A stretch of DNA of 64,000 nucleotides from Amoeboaphelidium protococcarum X5 (Eukaryota; Fungi; Aphelidiomycota): assembly GCA_023515725.1 (NCBI GenBank), contig JALDTO010000155.1, positions 469,147-533,146 on the forward strand, read 5' to 3'. A program made the position numbers and the translations under genes. Each line of letters begins with the position of its first letter. Position 1 is the first letter of the stretch. Below the pieces are notes generated by a model that was not told the DNA's origin, did not search any database, and saw nothing but the letters and a program-made list of their open reading frames with translations. Below are positions 14,778 through 26,857 of the stretch, piece by piece.

Positions 14778-15305
14778 ATGTTTGATACAACTCAGAATAG
14801 TTTGGTGTACAAAGTGTTCATTAGGTTCTTACAGGCAGTCTCATCTCTGGCATGTGGGTTCCTAGTTGGAACCAACATTTACATGATGGTTCAAATAGCT
14901 CCGGGTATCAAATCGTCAGACTCTGCGATGGACTTCATTCTGCGTATCTACAATGTCATCTTGGCACTACTGATTATCCTCAGCTACTTTGATATAAAAG
15001 CGATTGCCAGCCAGATGTATTTTCTGATCACATTCTTTGGCTCGGGGATGCTGCATGTATTTGTGGGTATTTTGACTATTGGTGCCTCTACCAGTTACGT
15101 GCTGTTGACTCAACAGTCTGGAAACTACTCTGATTATGTTGATAAGGCGCGTTTGTACAGTGGATGGGCTCTGGTTGCAATTGGCCTGCTGCAGACCGTT
15201 ATGAGCATTCTCTAATTTCCACCTCTGACAAAGGAGCGCGAGATGCTACGCCTTTCAAAGAGCAGTCTGGCTCGTTCCCAATAGAAGGGCATCGACCAAG
15301 TATGA
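14778..15305 (+). CDS. Small multi-TM protein, COPI-associated/TVP15-like
   Basis: Four hydrophobic segments; YFLITFFGSGMLHVFVGIL resembles this family. Frame extended through TAA to TGA 15303-15305. Confidence 0.55.
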
Positions 15306-15380
15306 TATTCAACACATAAAGTTTTATTACGATGAGTTAAATAAAAGACATGTTTTATTAACTTCAATATTGATTTTCAA

Positions 15381-15950
15381 TCAATCTTGAAACTTCTGGT
15401 TCAAATACTTTTCATAAAGATCGTAGTTCTCATTGTCAAATGTACACAATACAATCTGATCAAAGTTATCAAATTGACCCGCTGCTTATTAATCTTTAAG
15501 CATAGAGGTGACTAAATTTGCAGCGCTCTCTTTAGGATATCCATAAACACCGGTAGATATATTGGGAAAGGCGATAGATCGAATATTATTATCGATTGCC
15601 AACTTGAGACATGATTAATACGCCATTTTCAATAGATCTGGCTTCTCACCTATCGGACCAACAGTGCTTATAACGTACTTTGCAGGCAGATTGAAACCTG
15701 GAGACAGTTTTGCGTGTCCAACTGGGCAACCACCCAAAGTTTTGTTAAAACGCAGCAACTCCGGTCCTGCCGCCTAATGAATCGCTCCATCAACACCTCC
15801 GCCACCCAGGAGACTTTCGTTGGCTGCATTGACTATGGCATCAACTTTTAGAGTCGTTATGTCCCCCTACATAAGTCTCAGCTTGCCTCCCAAAAATGTA
15901 AGTGATCGCTTCATATTAATCTTTGTGGCGAGAGAAGATTAAGTGCGCAT
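15381..15950 (-). CDS. MacroD-type macrodomain ADP-ribosylhydrolase / O-acetyl-ADP-ribose deacetylase
   Basis: [49 protein letters not shown]. Alternative start at 15914. Confidence 0.92.
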
Positions 15951-16022
15951 TTTTTATGATAATAGTAAAGTAAGCAATTCATGACATTATAAAGAGAGAT
16001 ATAGTTATTATAGATATTAAAT

Positions 16023-17012
16023 TCAAAAACCACCCTTTCTGCGCCTACCGCTGTACTTTGAGTCATTCGGGACAGGTAGACCACGCTTGCGTCTGACTTC
16101 TTTCTTGTGCAAGACCCATTCTTTACGCGTCATACCCTTCTTGTAAATATTTTTTTTGACTTATTTAGAAGAATTTCTGATGGGTCCAGCACCTGATGCT
16201 TAATCAGTAAGCCCCATAAACTCAGTGCCATTATCACTACTACTTCCGCCGCCAACAGTAAGACAGAGGTAGTACTTGCGCTTCTTCTAGCTTTCCGGAT
16301 AATCAATCACCAGCCCGCCACCGAAACCGCATTTCAAGGCACAAGAAGTCATGAGTTCAAGTTATGAATTGCTACCATCGGGCTTATCATACCTGGTGTC
16401 TGGATATACCTGCAAAATGGCCTTTGCGCCATGACGTAGAATCTTGTATAAATCAGTGAAAAATAATGAAAGTCTCTTCTGAGGTATTTGATCCGAAGTA
16501 CACGACGTACAGAGCCACTGCAAGCAAGAAATACTGATGCAGCCATCAAACGATCCAGGTCGGAATGATAGACCCTATCCCACATCTACGCGCATGACAT
16601 CACCATCTACTTCGCGATCTACAGCTATATCAAGCATCGCCTCAGATATATCAACTCCAATCCACTGATGTCCATGCTCAGTCAGCACATCTCCAGACAA
16701 TCCAGACCCGCATCCGATATCTAATATCAGTTACGGCTAATCATCGTCAAGATCCAACAGCTCCAATGCCCGCTCAGTCATCTCCACTTAAATCTTGCCT
16801 ATGCGAGAACTACATTACACGAGTGGAAAATCGTATTTAACAACCAGCAGTTATGACGCGAAATCTTATACAATCAAAACTTACTTTTCAGTATACTTTT
16901 TGGCTTCTCGAGAATCATAAAACTACACTCTTACAGTCGATATTAATTTAATTGCATTGTAACGGCGTATTAATCATACCAAGTCTGGAGGATTCTCGTC
17001 TTCAGGTCTCAT
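16023..17012 (-). CDS. BUD23: 18S rRNA m7G methyltransferase (introns 16923-16979, 16810-16884)
   Basis: MRPE...FYD...[52 protein letters not shown]-terminal [10 protein letters not shown]. Confidence 0.92.
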
Positions 17013-17497
17013 TCTTCTAAAGTATATATGATAATTTAGCTTGAGCTTCACAATTAAAAATATTGACTAATCAAAATAGAATTCAAAGGCTATTATATAA
17101 AGTGGAAAAAATGAAAAAATTAAGAGGTGCCGCTGTGTAGAGCTGAAAATGTGAGTCTCTCAGTCCATGTGAGAATGAGTAAAATCCGTGATAAATTAGC
17201 TCAAAGTCACACTTTGCCAAAATCGGCCTTTGTGCGACCTCTGTACTCAATATCGACTCTCAGAATTCCACGATCTAGAATGAGGTCACCAAATACTTTA
17301 AATCGCGGCTTCTGACTGGTTGCTAGCGTTGTATTACGTTGCGCGCTCATTAGCTGATCGTCGTTTCACAGGCTAAAAATAGACACTGAATCTGGCCATC
17401 TTGGCCTTTGGCAATGTAACTATTTTCTTCTCTAGCGTAATTTTAATCTATAAAATCCCTTCTTCCTCATGATGATTATCATTTTACTTTCTTCAGT

Positions 17498-17609
17498 AAA
17501 AAGATGTAGTGTTTGTAAGATATTGTACGACTAGACTGAGCCGTTATCATCCACACGCGGCAACACTCTAGTCCTACCTATCTTACAATCACACTCACAT
17601 CGCCTTTTT
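17498..17609. repeat. Imperfect ~50-bp inverted repeat / long hairpin in the BUD23-presenilin intergenic region
   Basis: GATGTAGTGTTTGTAAGATA...GACTAGA...GCCGT pairs with ACGCGGC...TCTAGTC...TATCTTACAATCACACTCACATC, closing a ~10-nt loop. Confidence 0.8.
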
Positions 17610-17922
17610 CCTTTCAAAATTTCCGCTTCTCTTCATCTTTAATAATAATAATAATTAGGCAAATTTTTGCTTAACAATTAATGAAACACAAACAATTTGA
17701 GGCCATGTGCATCAGCAAAGGTAATATTTGCCTCACTGATCAATAGAAAAGAGATAGAAAGAGAGAGGCCCCCGGCTGGTGAATCTCTCTTATCTGTTTC
17801 AAATTTATCGCCGGCGCTGAAACAAAGATCAAATCTTCCCGTTGCTCGTCCATTATTCAATTCCTTCCTTGTTGTTTACCACTTTCTAGTGCCACATCTA
17901 ACATTTTATAAAAATTGGAGCC

Positions 17923-19584
17923 ATGTCAGAAATTACAGATAACAATGTTAATTTAGCCAATTCCTAGTAATCTTCATCATCTGGTCCTTAATAATCTTTG
18001 ACTTAGCAAGGGTCATCATCTACTTCATAGAGGAGAAGACAGATTCCGTCATGTATTCTATGTGATAAGCCGGCCGAGTTCATGTGCCCAGTCTGTGGGC
18101 CAGAATACAGGTACTGTTCATTAGAATGTTAGAAAAAGGACTGGCCCACACATGCCTAAATTTGTAAGGATCCTGTGGCAGTAGATCCGATGTATGGATA
18201 ATCTTAGCCTGCTGATATGGACCCCGATGATCCACGAGATTTAGCCTACTTTATCAATCAGGTGGCCGCAATCATCAATCCTGTGCTCGCGTGTATCTTC
18301 CTTTCTATTGTGTGGGTGAAGATCTCTCTTATGGGCTCAGACTATAGACCGCAACGTTCAAACTTTGGTCGGTATGTAGAGTCACCCACAGACTCTCTGT
18401 CGCAGAAGGTTGGCGGTGGGTTGGAGAATGCTCTCATAATACTTGCGCAGATTGTAGTAGCCACCATTCTGTTTGTGGTGCTGTTCAAGTATGGATGCTT
18501 TAGAATACTGTATGGGTATTTATTCTTGACTGTTGTGGCCTTGCTCGGATTCATGTCATATTTGCTGGCTTTGAACTTAATTCAAGTCTTTGCTATACCG
18601 TTAGACTACGTGACCTTGATGTTCTTTTTATGGAACTTTTCGGCTGGTGGTATAATTGCTATTTTCGGTGGACACATAGATTTTAGATCCACCACCTAGG
18701 CAAGTGAATCGAACACTGAAGAGCCTCAGTAATAGCAGTAGACGGTGGAAGTTAAAAAAAGAAAGACTCCATGGGCTCCACTTTACATTCAGCAGCTATA
18801 CCTTGTAATTATGAGCTCATTGATGGCATTTGCTCTGACCGGTTTAGATTCATGGACCACTTGGGCCTTGTTAGCCATACTTGCAATCTGGGATTTAATT
18901 GCTGTATTATGTCCGTATGGACCGTTAAAAGTGTTGATTGAATCTTCAAGATAGTAAAATAGAGATGTGCCAGCATTGTTATACTCTGTCACAATGTTGT
19001 ACTTTATGGTGGACACCGAGGATAATTACTAAGAGAAGAATTAGTCTCAGAATATCCCTCTCAGTATACGCAGCCAAGATAGCAATCACAGTGAATCGTC
19101 TAATCTCATACAACATCCCCATGCCGTATCTTAATCTGCTTCTTCTCCTCTTACATCAGTCATTGGCAGTGCTTCTCCTAATACTAATACGGCAAGTGTA
19201 CCAATTATTGAAGATAGAATCTAGCTCCCTCAAAGGCGGCGATCATCACAACTTAATATTTAGAATCCTGAAAACGCCGATAGCGACGATATTGAATAGA
19301 TTGATGAAGAGTAAAGTGGTTTGAAGCTGGGATTGGGCGACTTTGTTTTCTATTCAGTTCTCATTGCAAGAACTTCTAGCACTTCAGACTGGATAACCAC
19401 CATGGCGTGTATTATAGCTATACTTACTGGTCTCACAATGACAATATTTCTGCTTGCTGTTTATAAGAAGGCTCTTCCTGCGCTGCCAATATCTATCGCA
19501 TTTGGTCTCCTGTTTTACTTTGTTGGTTCCACTACATTGTCTCCCTTCATAAACTATGTGAGTATGAGAGGAATTATATTGTGA
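17923..19584 (+). CDS. Presenilin (GxGD aspartyl protease) with N-terminal MYND-type zinc finger
   Basis: [36 protein letters not shown]-terminal CILC...CPVC...[18 protein letters not shown] in the same intronless frame. Confidence 0.92.
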
Positions 19585-19706
19585 ATTAATATTTGCAAGT
19601 ATAGACTGATTTATTCATTCATAATTATATATATACATGCACATCCTTTACTTATTATTGTTATCATTTTATTAATTGCAAAAGTTGATCGATGTAGAGG
19701 GATTCT

Positions 19707-21284
19707 TCAATAAGGCTTCCGCGTCTAAGAGGCTGACGCTTCAAAGGCATCCTCAAAACTAAAATTCTCACCTCCAAGACTCTGGACCCATTCATTGTGC
19801 TGCGTCTCCCATTCTTCCAATCGAGCTGGTACTTCAAAGTAAGACAAATCTGGCTCTAAAGAGTTGGACTGAATAGAGGGCGCAAGTGACTTTATACTTC
19901 TCAGCGTCTGGGTATCAGAGTCTTTAGCAGTTCTTAATTATTACTATTACTATTATGAATTAGTATCTGAATGCATAGACTGACGCGCAACTGCCATGTC
20001 ATCATCAATATCATTCAAGTTATCGGAAGAGTCTGTGATGATATCCAAATCATCCTATTCATTCCCGAGTCCCATTTTTAACACCACAGGCTTGCTAGTA
20101 TTATTATCACGGTCATCCAATTCCACATCGTCAATTTCCAAATCCTCCAAACTTCCGAGCTAGATATCTTTGAGTAAAACTTCAGACAGTTTCCTGGTCT
20201 CCTGCTTAGCACTACTTGAATTATTCTAACGCGTACTTTACACCAAAGTGTCGTTATCCATAATATCCACGACTCGGTCATCTTCTTCCTCCATCTGATC
20301 AAAAATGTCCAATTCATCTTCATTCCCAATCCATCTCTGAGTTTTCAAATCAAATACCATTTATTAACCACTCACATCAATCCCTTCCTCAGTCTAAACT
20401 TTAGGATTTTCATGATTAATACTTTCCAATTCATTCTACGATGTTACATGTGCAAATGGTATATCCTCTTTTACCAAATTGATATCAGATGATACGGCAT
20501 CTAGCACCTTTGACTCTTAATCAATTGCAGCGATAGAAGGGTTATCTTGATCTAATGTTATCGCGGCATTCTGATCACTTTCTACCGCGATACTTACAAC
20601 TTCCTGCTGAATAGAACCATGTTCTACAGATTTCTTATCATGCTAAAACTACAAATTATCGCGCGTATCCAACACAGTTATATCAGACTACATTGACAAC
20701 TCTTCAGCTGTATCCACATTGACATCTCCCGCGATGGTAGATAATCTCTCAATAGACTGACTCAGCGTAACGTGCGACTCCACCACACTGACATCTGCTG
20801 CATGTGTTTAAACCTTTTACTACTATATATACTCTTACTATTATTGCTACTGAGACTCCAATTTCAACAAAGACGATTAACCATTCTAAAGCATGCTATT
20901 ATCAGCATTTTGAATTATAGCATTAATGGGCTAGATAGTGTGAGACTAAGTTGAGGCTTTCTAGCGAACAAGAGAACGTCTAAGCTTACTCAGAGCCGTG
21001 GGCTGTCTACCGGAAGTATGTGTACTTTAATACAACTTATTTTACTACTAAGCACTCTTCTAGAGTTCAGAACCATGAAGGCTGAAGGAACATTATACAT
21101 ATTATGTCAATTAATCGGACTAGAGTGTACTACTATCAACCTCGCCACTCAAAAGTGTACCAAAAATCTGCTCTAAATCACGTTCACATTAACGCAGCTT
21201 CTATTCTTCCGCTTTGACACGCTCACTCTAATTATTAACAGTAGGATAATTCTTGCCAGAACTTGAATAACCCAAAAATAGCAT
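19707..21284 (-). CDS. Hypothetical acidic, Gln-rich, largely disordered protein (525 aa)
   Basis: ATG and TGA in the same frame; the N- and C-terminal stretches I translated are TGA-free with TAR-encoded Gln runs. No family recognised. Confidence 0.65.
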
Positions 21285-21712
21285 TCCCCTAAATATATTT
21301 ATATTTTACTTCAAACAAACTAGGCTCAGTGAGTTGTCGTTGCTATAATAACGTCGTTGCTTGGCAAAAGATAAACGAGATGACAGACAGACAAAGAGAA
21401 GGAAAATGGCGGCCGGCCTCTCTCGCTTATCGTTCGTTCCCTTTCGCCTTCAATTGTTCCTTTCTCTCAATTCTTACTTACAGCATTGTTGTTGTTGGGG
21501 ATTTCACTTCATTCATTCATTCATTCATATTGATTGTCTTCTCCATCTTTATTACTATCGTGTGATTGATTAGCTTTACTACTGCTGATTTAGCTCAAAA
21601 GTGTCAAAATTTGCTCATTTGTATACTAATTATATTGTCTTATAAAGTCAGTAGATTATAATCAGATAATAAATAGTCTGATTTTATTATAGATTTCTGA
21701 ATAGAGAGTGTA

Positions 21713-24550
21713 ATGAGTTATAGTAGTGGTAATTTGTAATAGTCTTTTGCGGGTGCTTTTAATACCTTGAAGAAGAAGCAGAGGGAGAGTTTGAGTGCGT
21801 TTAATCAAAAGTTTGGCGGTAGATTTAAAGATGTATTTGGTTAGAGTCCCGGGGGTGGTGATGGTTCCCTGGCGCTGTAATCTCTCAATTCACTGCCTAT
21901 TGATGATGCCAGTTTGAGCTCTTCCCTCAGTCCTGCCGCTGAAAACGATTTTATGAGTAGCTCTGGGTAGAATACAATGTTCTCTGCCAATCTGGATGCA
22001 GATCAAAAGTCTTAACACTCTACTGGTACTTCAGGTACGCAGGGAGTAAATACTCCGCTCACACCGCAGATTAATGATATTCACTAGCTGTCTTTTAATC
22101 AAGGCTCGTCTGATTTCTTAATCAAGGTGTTTGTACCAGATGTTGATACCAAGTTCACACTCAAGGTTAATCCTTAGATGAATGTTGATAAGTTAGTCGC
22201 CATGGTCAAATAGTATTTAAAAACCAGGGGATTAGCTGTGGATACTGAAGATGATGACGATGATTTATTATCTCCCTGGTCTGCTTCCATCTTTAGTGCT
22301 TACGTTAGTTCAAAGTCTCTTACTGGCGCAAATAGATCGTCAGCTTATGGAAGTAATGTGGTATCACCTCAATCAGGGGGAAATTCAATGCGTAAAGGTG
22401 CCAAGTACGGATTGTACATGCCGTCGAGAAAGACGTGGATGGCGCAGGAAGATGGCAAGACTCTTGAGTATTACAGTCTTGCTGCTAATCCAGAGGAATT
22501 GCAGTACAAAATTAGATTTCTGCCTCTTACAATCAAAGTACCTGAGCATTTGAGCTAAAAGATTGAGGCAGCGTAATCAGGCGTAGAGAGAATTGATCCT
22601 ATTGAACAACCGGCCATGACTTAAATTCTGGTGACTGAGGGCCAGACTGTTGCCGAGGGATTGGAGTTGTTGAACTTTAGTAATCAAGTTGCGGCAGAGT
22701 ATGGATGTCTATTGTAGGTGCCACCGACTGAGGTCTTTGCATTGTACACTCGTGCGGGGGAGAAATTGAAAGCATCCGATCTTCTATGGACGATAGCCAT
22801 GGATATGTCACCTGTGGATTGTCTTGAGTACCGCATGTAGCCTCGAAAGTTGCAAATAACATCGACGGAAGATGTTGGTGTGAAAGTTGAGGTTGAAGTT
22901 GATTTAAGTAAAAAGTTGTGCCATGTTTTGCCGTTAATGTGGAGAAGATTCGGTATCGATCAGTCTATGACTTTCAGAGGCATTCGACTGATATCCAGTA
23001 AGAATGATCTAGATCTTAATGAGAATTTGATGGAGTAGAATGTGAGACCTGGATCTGCTTTATTATTGGATTTGGAGTTATCTACGAGTCCCAAGTAGTC
23101 TTAAAGTGAGCTGGGTAAAAATCAGACCGATTTAGTCAATATTTGGGAAGAAGGTGCTGACTCTGAGTCTAATATAAATTTTTCTACAGCAGGCGACGGA
23201 GTTATAGTAGCTGGTACTGTGAACAAACTCGTGGAAGCTTTGACTAGTGCTGGTAGTAGCGAATCGGCAGATTCTAACGCTTATATGGATTTCTTGAAGA
23301 CATTTCTATTGACTTACTAAAGTTTTACTACACCGCTAATTTTTCTAAAGAAGATGGTTGAGAGATATCACGTTCCTCGTCAAAAGTAATTATATCCTCA
23401 GTTTTCTGATTATGAAAAAATGAGACTCAGAATCTAGTTACGTGTCTGTAATGTTATGTAGCAGTGGACCAAGAAGTTTTTCTATGACTTTGTGGACCAT
23501 ACTGCTTCCACTCAGGATTGTTAGAGCGAAGATGATGAACCGAGCGCTGTGTCTCTTATGAAGCATCAACTGTTGATGGAGGCTCTTGATTTTGTGGAGA
23601 ATGTTGTTCTTGAAGATCATCCCTCACTGGCCAGATAGATTAGGAAGAATATGATGAGACTGCGTGATGGCTCTTGGATTAATCTGCAGGCAAAGGCGCA
23701 ATTCAATGATCCCCCGCCTGCTGTCAAGTTTAGCTCATAGTAGAATAAGGTGGCCAATGGGAAAGTTGTCAATCTATTCAATTGTGATCCCGAAGAGATT
23801 GCTAGATAATTGACGTTGATCGAGTTTTAACTCTTTGATAACGTTATGCCTTATGAATTTTTGAACCAATCATGGACTAAGGAGGATGCTAGTATTCGTG
23901 CACCAGGCATCATGAAGATCACTAAACGCTTTAATGAAGTTGCATTCTGGGTTGCCAAATCTGTACTGGAGGTGAAGTCTCTGAATGAACGAGTGAAGCG
24001 TATGTCTCGCCTCATAGAAATTGCATACTATCTGTATAAGATGAGTAATTTCTCAACTCTGATGGCGTTCGTGGCTGGATTTAACAAGGCGCCAATAACG
24101 CGATTGAAGCATACTATTAAGGAACTTCCCATGAAGTACGGTAAAAAGATGGCTGATCTGGAAACGTTGATGACAGCCGAGTCTTCCTATAAGTTGTACA
24201 GATAGAAGCTTCATACCGTTAATCCGCCGTGTATTCCGTATCTGGGTGTGTACTTGCTGGATCTCACTTACATGGAGGATGGAAATCCGAATAAGATTGG
24301 CTCTCTGGTCAACTTTGCCAAGCGGCGTCTAATCTATGGGCTCATCCGCGAGGTGCAGTAGTATTAAGACAAGCCTTTCAACTTTATGGTGGTACCTGAG
24401 ATCAGAGGCAAGATTCATGAATTATCTTAGATGCCGTTGGATGATAATGGTATATAATTGACAATGAAGGCTGCTGAAGATCAATTGTTCTAGTAGAGTC
24501 TTGAGATTGAGCCGCGCAATGCAGATCGGTCATCTTTGCTTGTGTAATGA
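21713..24550 (+). CDS. CDC25-type RasGEF (REM + catalytic domain) with N-terminal ubiquitin-like / FERM F0-F1-like region
   Basis: AGTVNKLVEAL, FLLTYQSF, PEEIARQLTL, NFSTLMAFVAG, PCIPYLGVYLLDLTYMEDGN, VNFAKRR, SLEIEPR. Confidence 0.92.
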
Positions 24551-24844
24551 GAGTATCTTTTTGTTGTTGAGCCTTATAATACGTGTAGTTAATAGAATGA
24601 TATTTATAAATACGGTATTGCTTTTACTCTATTATTGTTTAAATACGCGCTGACTATTATTGTTCTTTTAACATCACACTTTTACAGTTGAACCTTTTAA
24701 AGAAGCTTTTATCATCTCGGATGGCATTTTGGGAGATCTTGAAAACAACGAATTGCTACTTTTTTGTTCCAACAAACAACGAAGAAGAAGCTTTACTCGA
24801 TCCACCTCCTGTGCACAATCTGTGCTCAATTAAATAAACCACTG

Positions 24845-26404
24845 ATGGACAGCAGATTTCTGAGTCAAAATGATCAAGACTGGTTCGCTGATAAAGTGGC
24901 GACTCCTACAAGCTAGCAGTAGTCCCCGCTACCTAAGAAGATTGATGGCCGAGTACTGCCATAGACACCTTAATCAGGCAGAGAGAGTGTCGCAAGTATA
25001 TCCCGGCCGATTATTCACTAGTAAAAGACTATACCGTCTGCATCATCCACCCTATCCAATAGCGATGCTTCTAGACTACAATCATCCTCATTTATGGAGC
25101 GGTCAATGTTGACGCAGGTGAATGCTGATGCAGATTGGATCATGATTGAATAGGGCCAGTTGAACTCTAGTAATTCAAGCGGCTAGCATCATGTCTCTGG
25201 AAATGGCAATAGATCTTAATCAGATGATGTCTAGGCTCAGGTTACCAAGCTTAATATGTAGATAAGTAAAATTAACAAGTTTAAAGCAGTACTCAATGAC
25301 GGTACCAGCAATTCAGTTGATTTGGAAAAGTTGCGCAAGTTGTCTTGGTCCGGTGTACCTGACGAATTCAGAATGGTTGTATGGCAACTCCTGCTTGGGT
25401 ATATGCCTGTTAATAATGACAGAAGATAGTAGGTGTTAGATAAGCGTCGCGCCGAGTATCGAGACTATGTATCTCAGAGCTTTATATTATCTTCGCCTTC
25501 TGACAGTTAAAACAATACTTAGTTGTAATAATAACAAGACTAAGTAGAATCCAAGTAGTCTTAACAGCAGTAATAATAATAATAACAATAGTTGACTCCA
25601 TCAATGTAAATTAATCATGCAATTTGGCACCAGATTCATATTGATGTTCCTCGTACTAATCCATCTGTAAAGTTGTATCAGAATCATCGAATTCAATAAT
25701 CTTTGGAGCGAATATTGTTCTGCTGGGCTATTAGACATCCATCATGTGGCTATGTGTAAGGAATTAATGATCTAGCTACTCCGTTCTATTCCGTCTACCT
25801 GTCAGGACATTTGGAAGAGAGCAAGATTGACATTGATGTTTTCAAAGATAATCAGGATTTTGATAGCATTCCATAGCGCGTCATAGACTTGGTTGAGGCT
25901 GATACTTTCTGGTGCCTTACCAAGCTATTGGATGGCATTTAGGATAATTACATGCACTCTCAGCCGGGCATATAGAGATAGATTGGTAAAATGAAAGAGT
26001 TGATTAACAGAATCGATTCGCAGTTGTATTCCCACCTTCAGAGTTAAGGGATAGAGTTTATTCAGTTTGCGTTCAGGTGGATGAACTGCTTGCTTATGCG
26101 AGAAATGTCAATCAGAAATGTGATCAGAATGTGGGACAGTTACCTCAGTGAAGGTCCAGATGGATTTAGTGATTTTCATGTATATGTCGCCAGCGCATTC
26201 CTCGCCAAGTGGACTGATCATTTGAAAAGTCTAGAATTTTAGGATATTATAATGTTTCTTTAATCACCACCAACAAAAGACTGGTCTGACAAGGAAATTG
26301 AAGTGTTGCTCAGTGAGGCGTTCATGTGGAAAAGCCTGTTCCATGGCTCTCCTAATCACCTCAATAGATCATCTGCTCAGGAAACGTCAAGCTGGAGTAT
26401 ATGA
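24845..26404 (+). CDS. GYP1: TBC-domain Rab GAP, GYP1/TBC1D22 family
   Basis: LRKLSWSGVP, QIHIDVPRT (Arg finger), GYVQGINDL (Gln finger = TAA 25757-25759), QFAFRWMNCLLMRE. Confidence 0.93.
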
Positions 26405-26857
26405 ATGTTGCTCACATTAATAGCATGAATCCTCTGTGTCTTCGTTCCGCTTGAGTTTTAAAAATAGATTTAGTTTGCCTTTACCTTGTTATTTTTAACT
26501 CAGTTTTATCATTTTGACGGAACTTGTTTTATAGTGCTCCGCTCACAATGTTAAAGAGGTCACTATTACAATCTGCAGCAGTACTTACCTGCTTATCTTC
26601 TGCTAGGCTTGTTCTTGAGTAAATTATATTTACTTTGAACTCAGCAGCAAGTCTAACCTAAAATTTATACCATACCTTGATTAAAAATGAGTGGTAGTTA
26701 AGGAGGATAATAATATCAGAATGTTGGGACGTGTTGATGGTATATAAATATTCCATCTCTTCACGATTGAAAATATCCGTCGGCTATCCTTATCTTTCAA
26801 CAGTAATTATCTGTTTGAACTAATTTTGCCATCTACTTACCGTGATTAATAATAACT

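Noticed and set aside
18880-18900. WD instead of YD at the first presenilin catalytic Asp
   Set aside because: WD occurs in functional presenilins such as Drosophila Psn, so it is not unusual.
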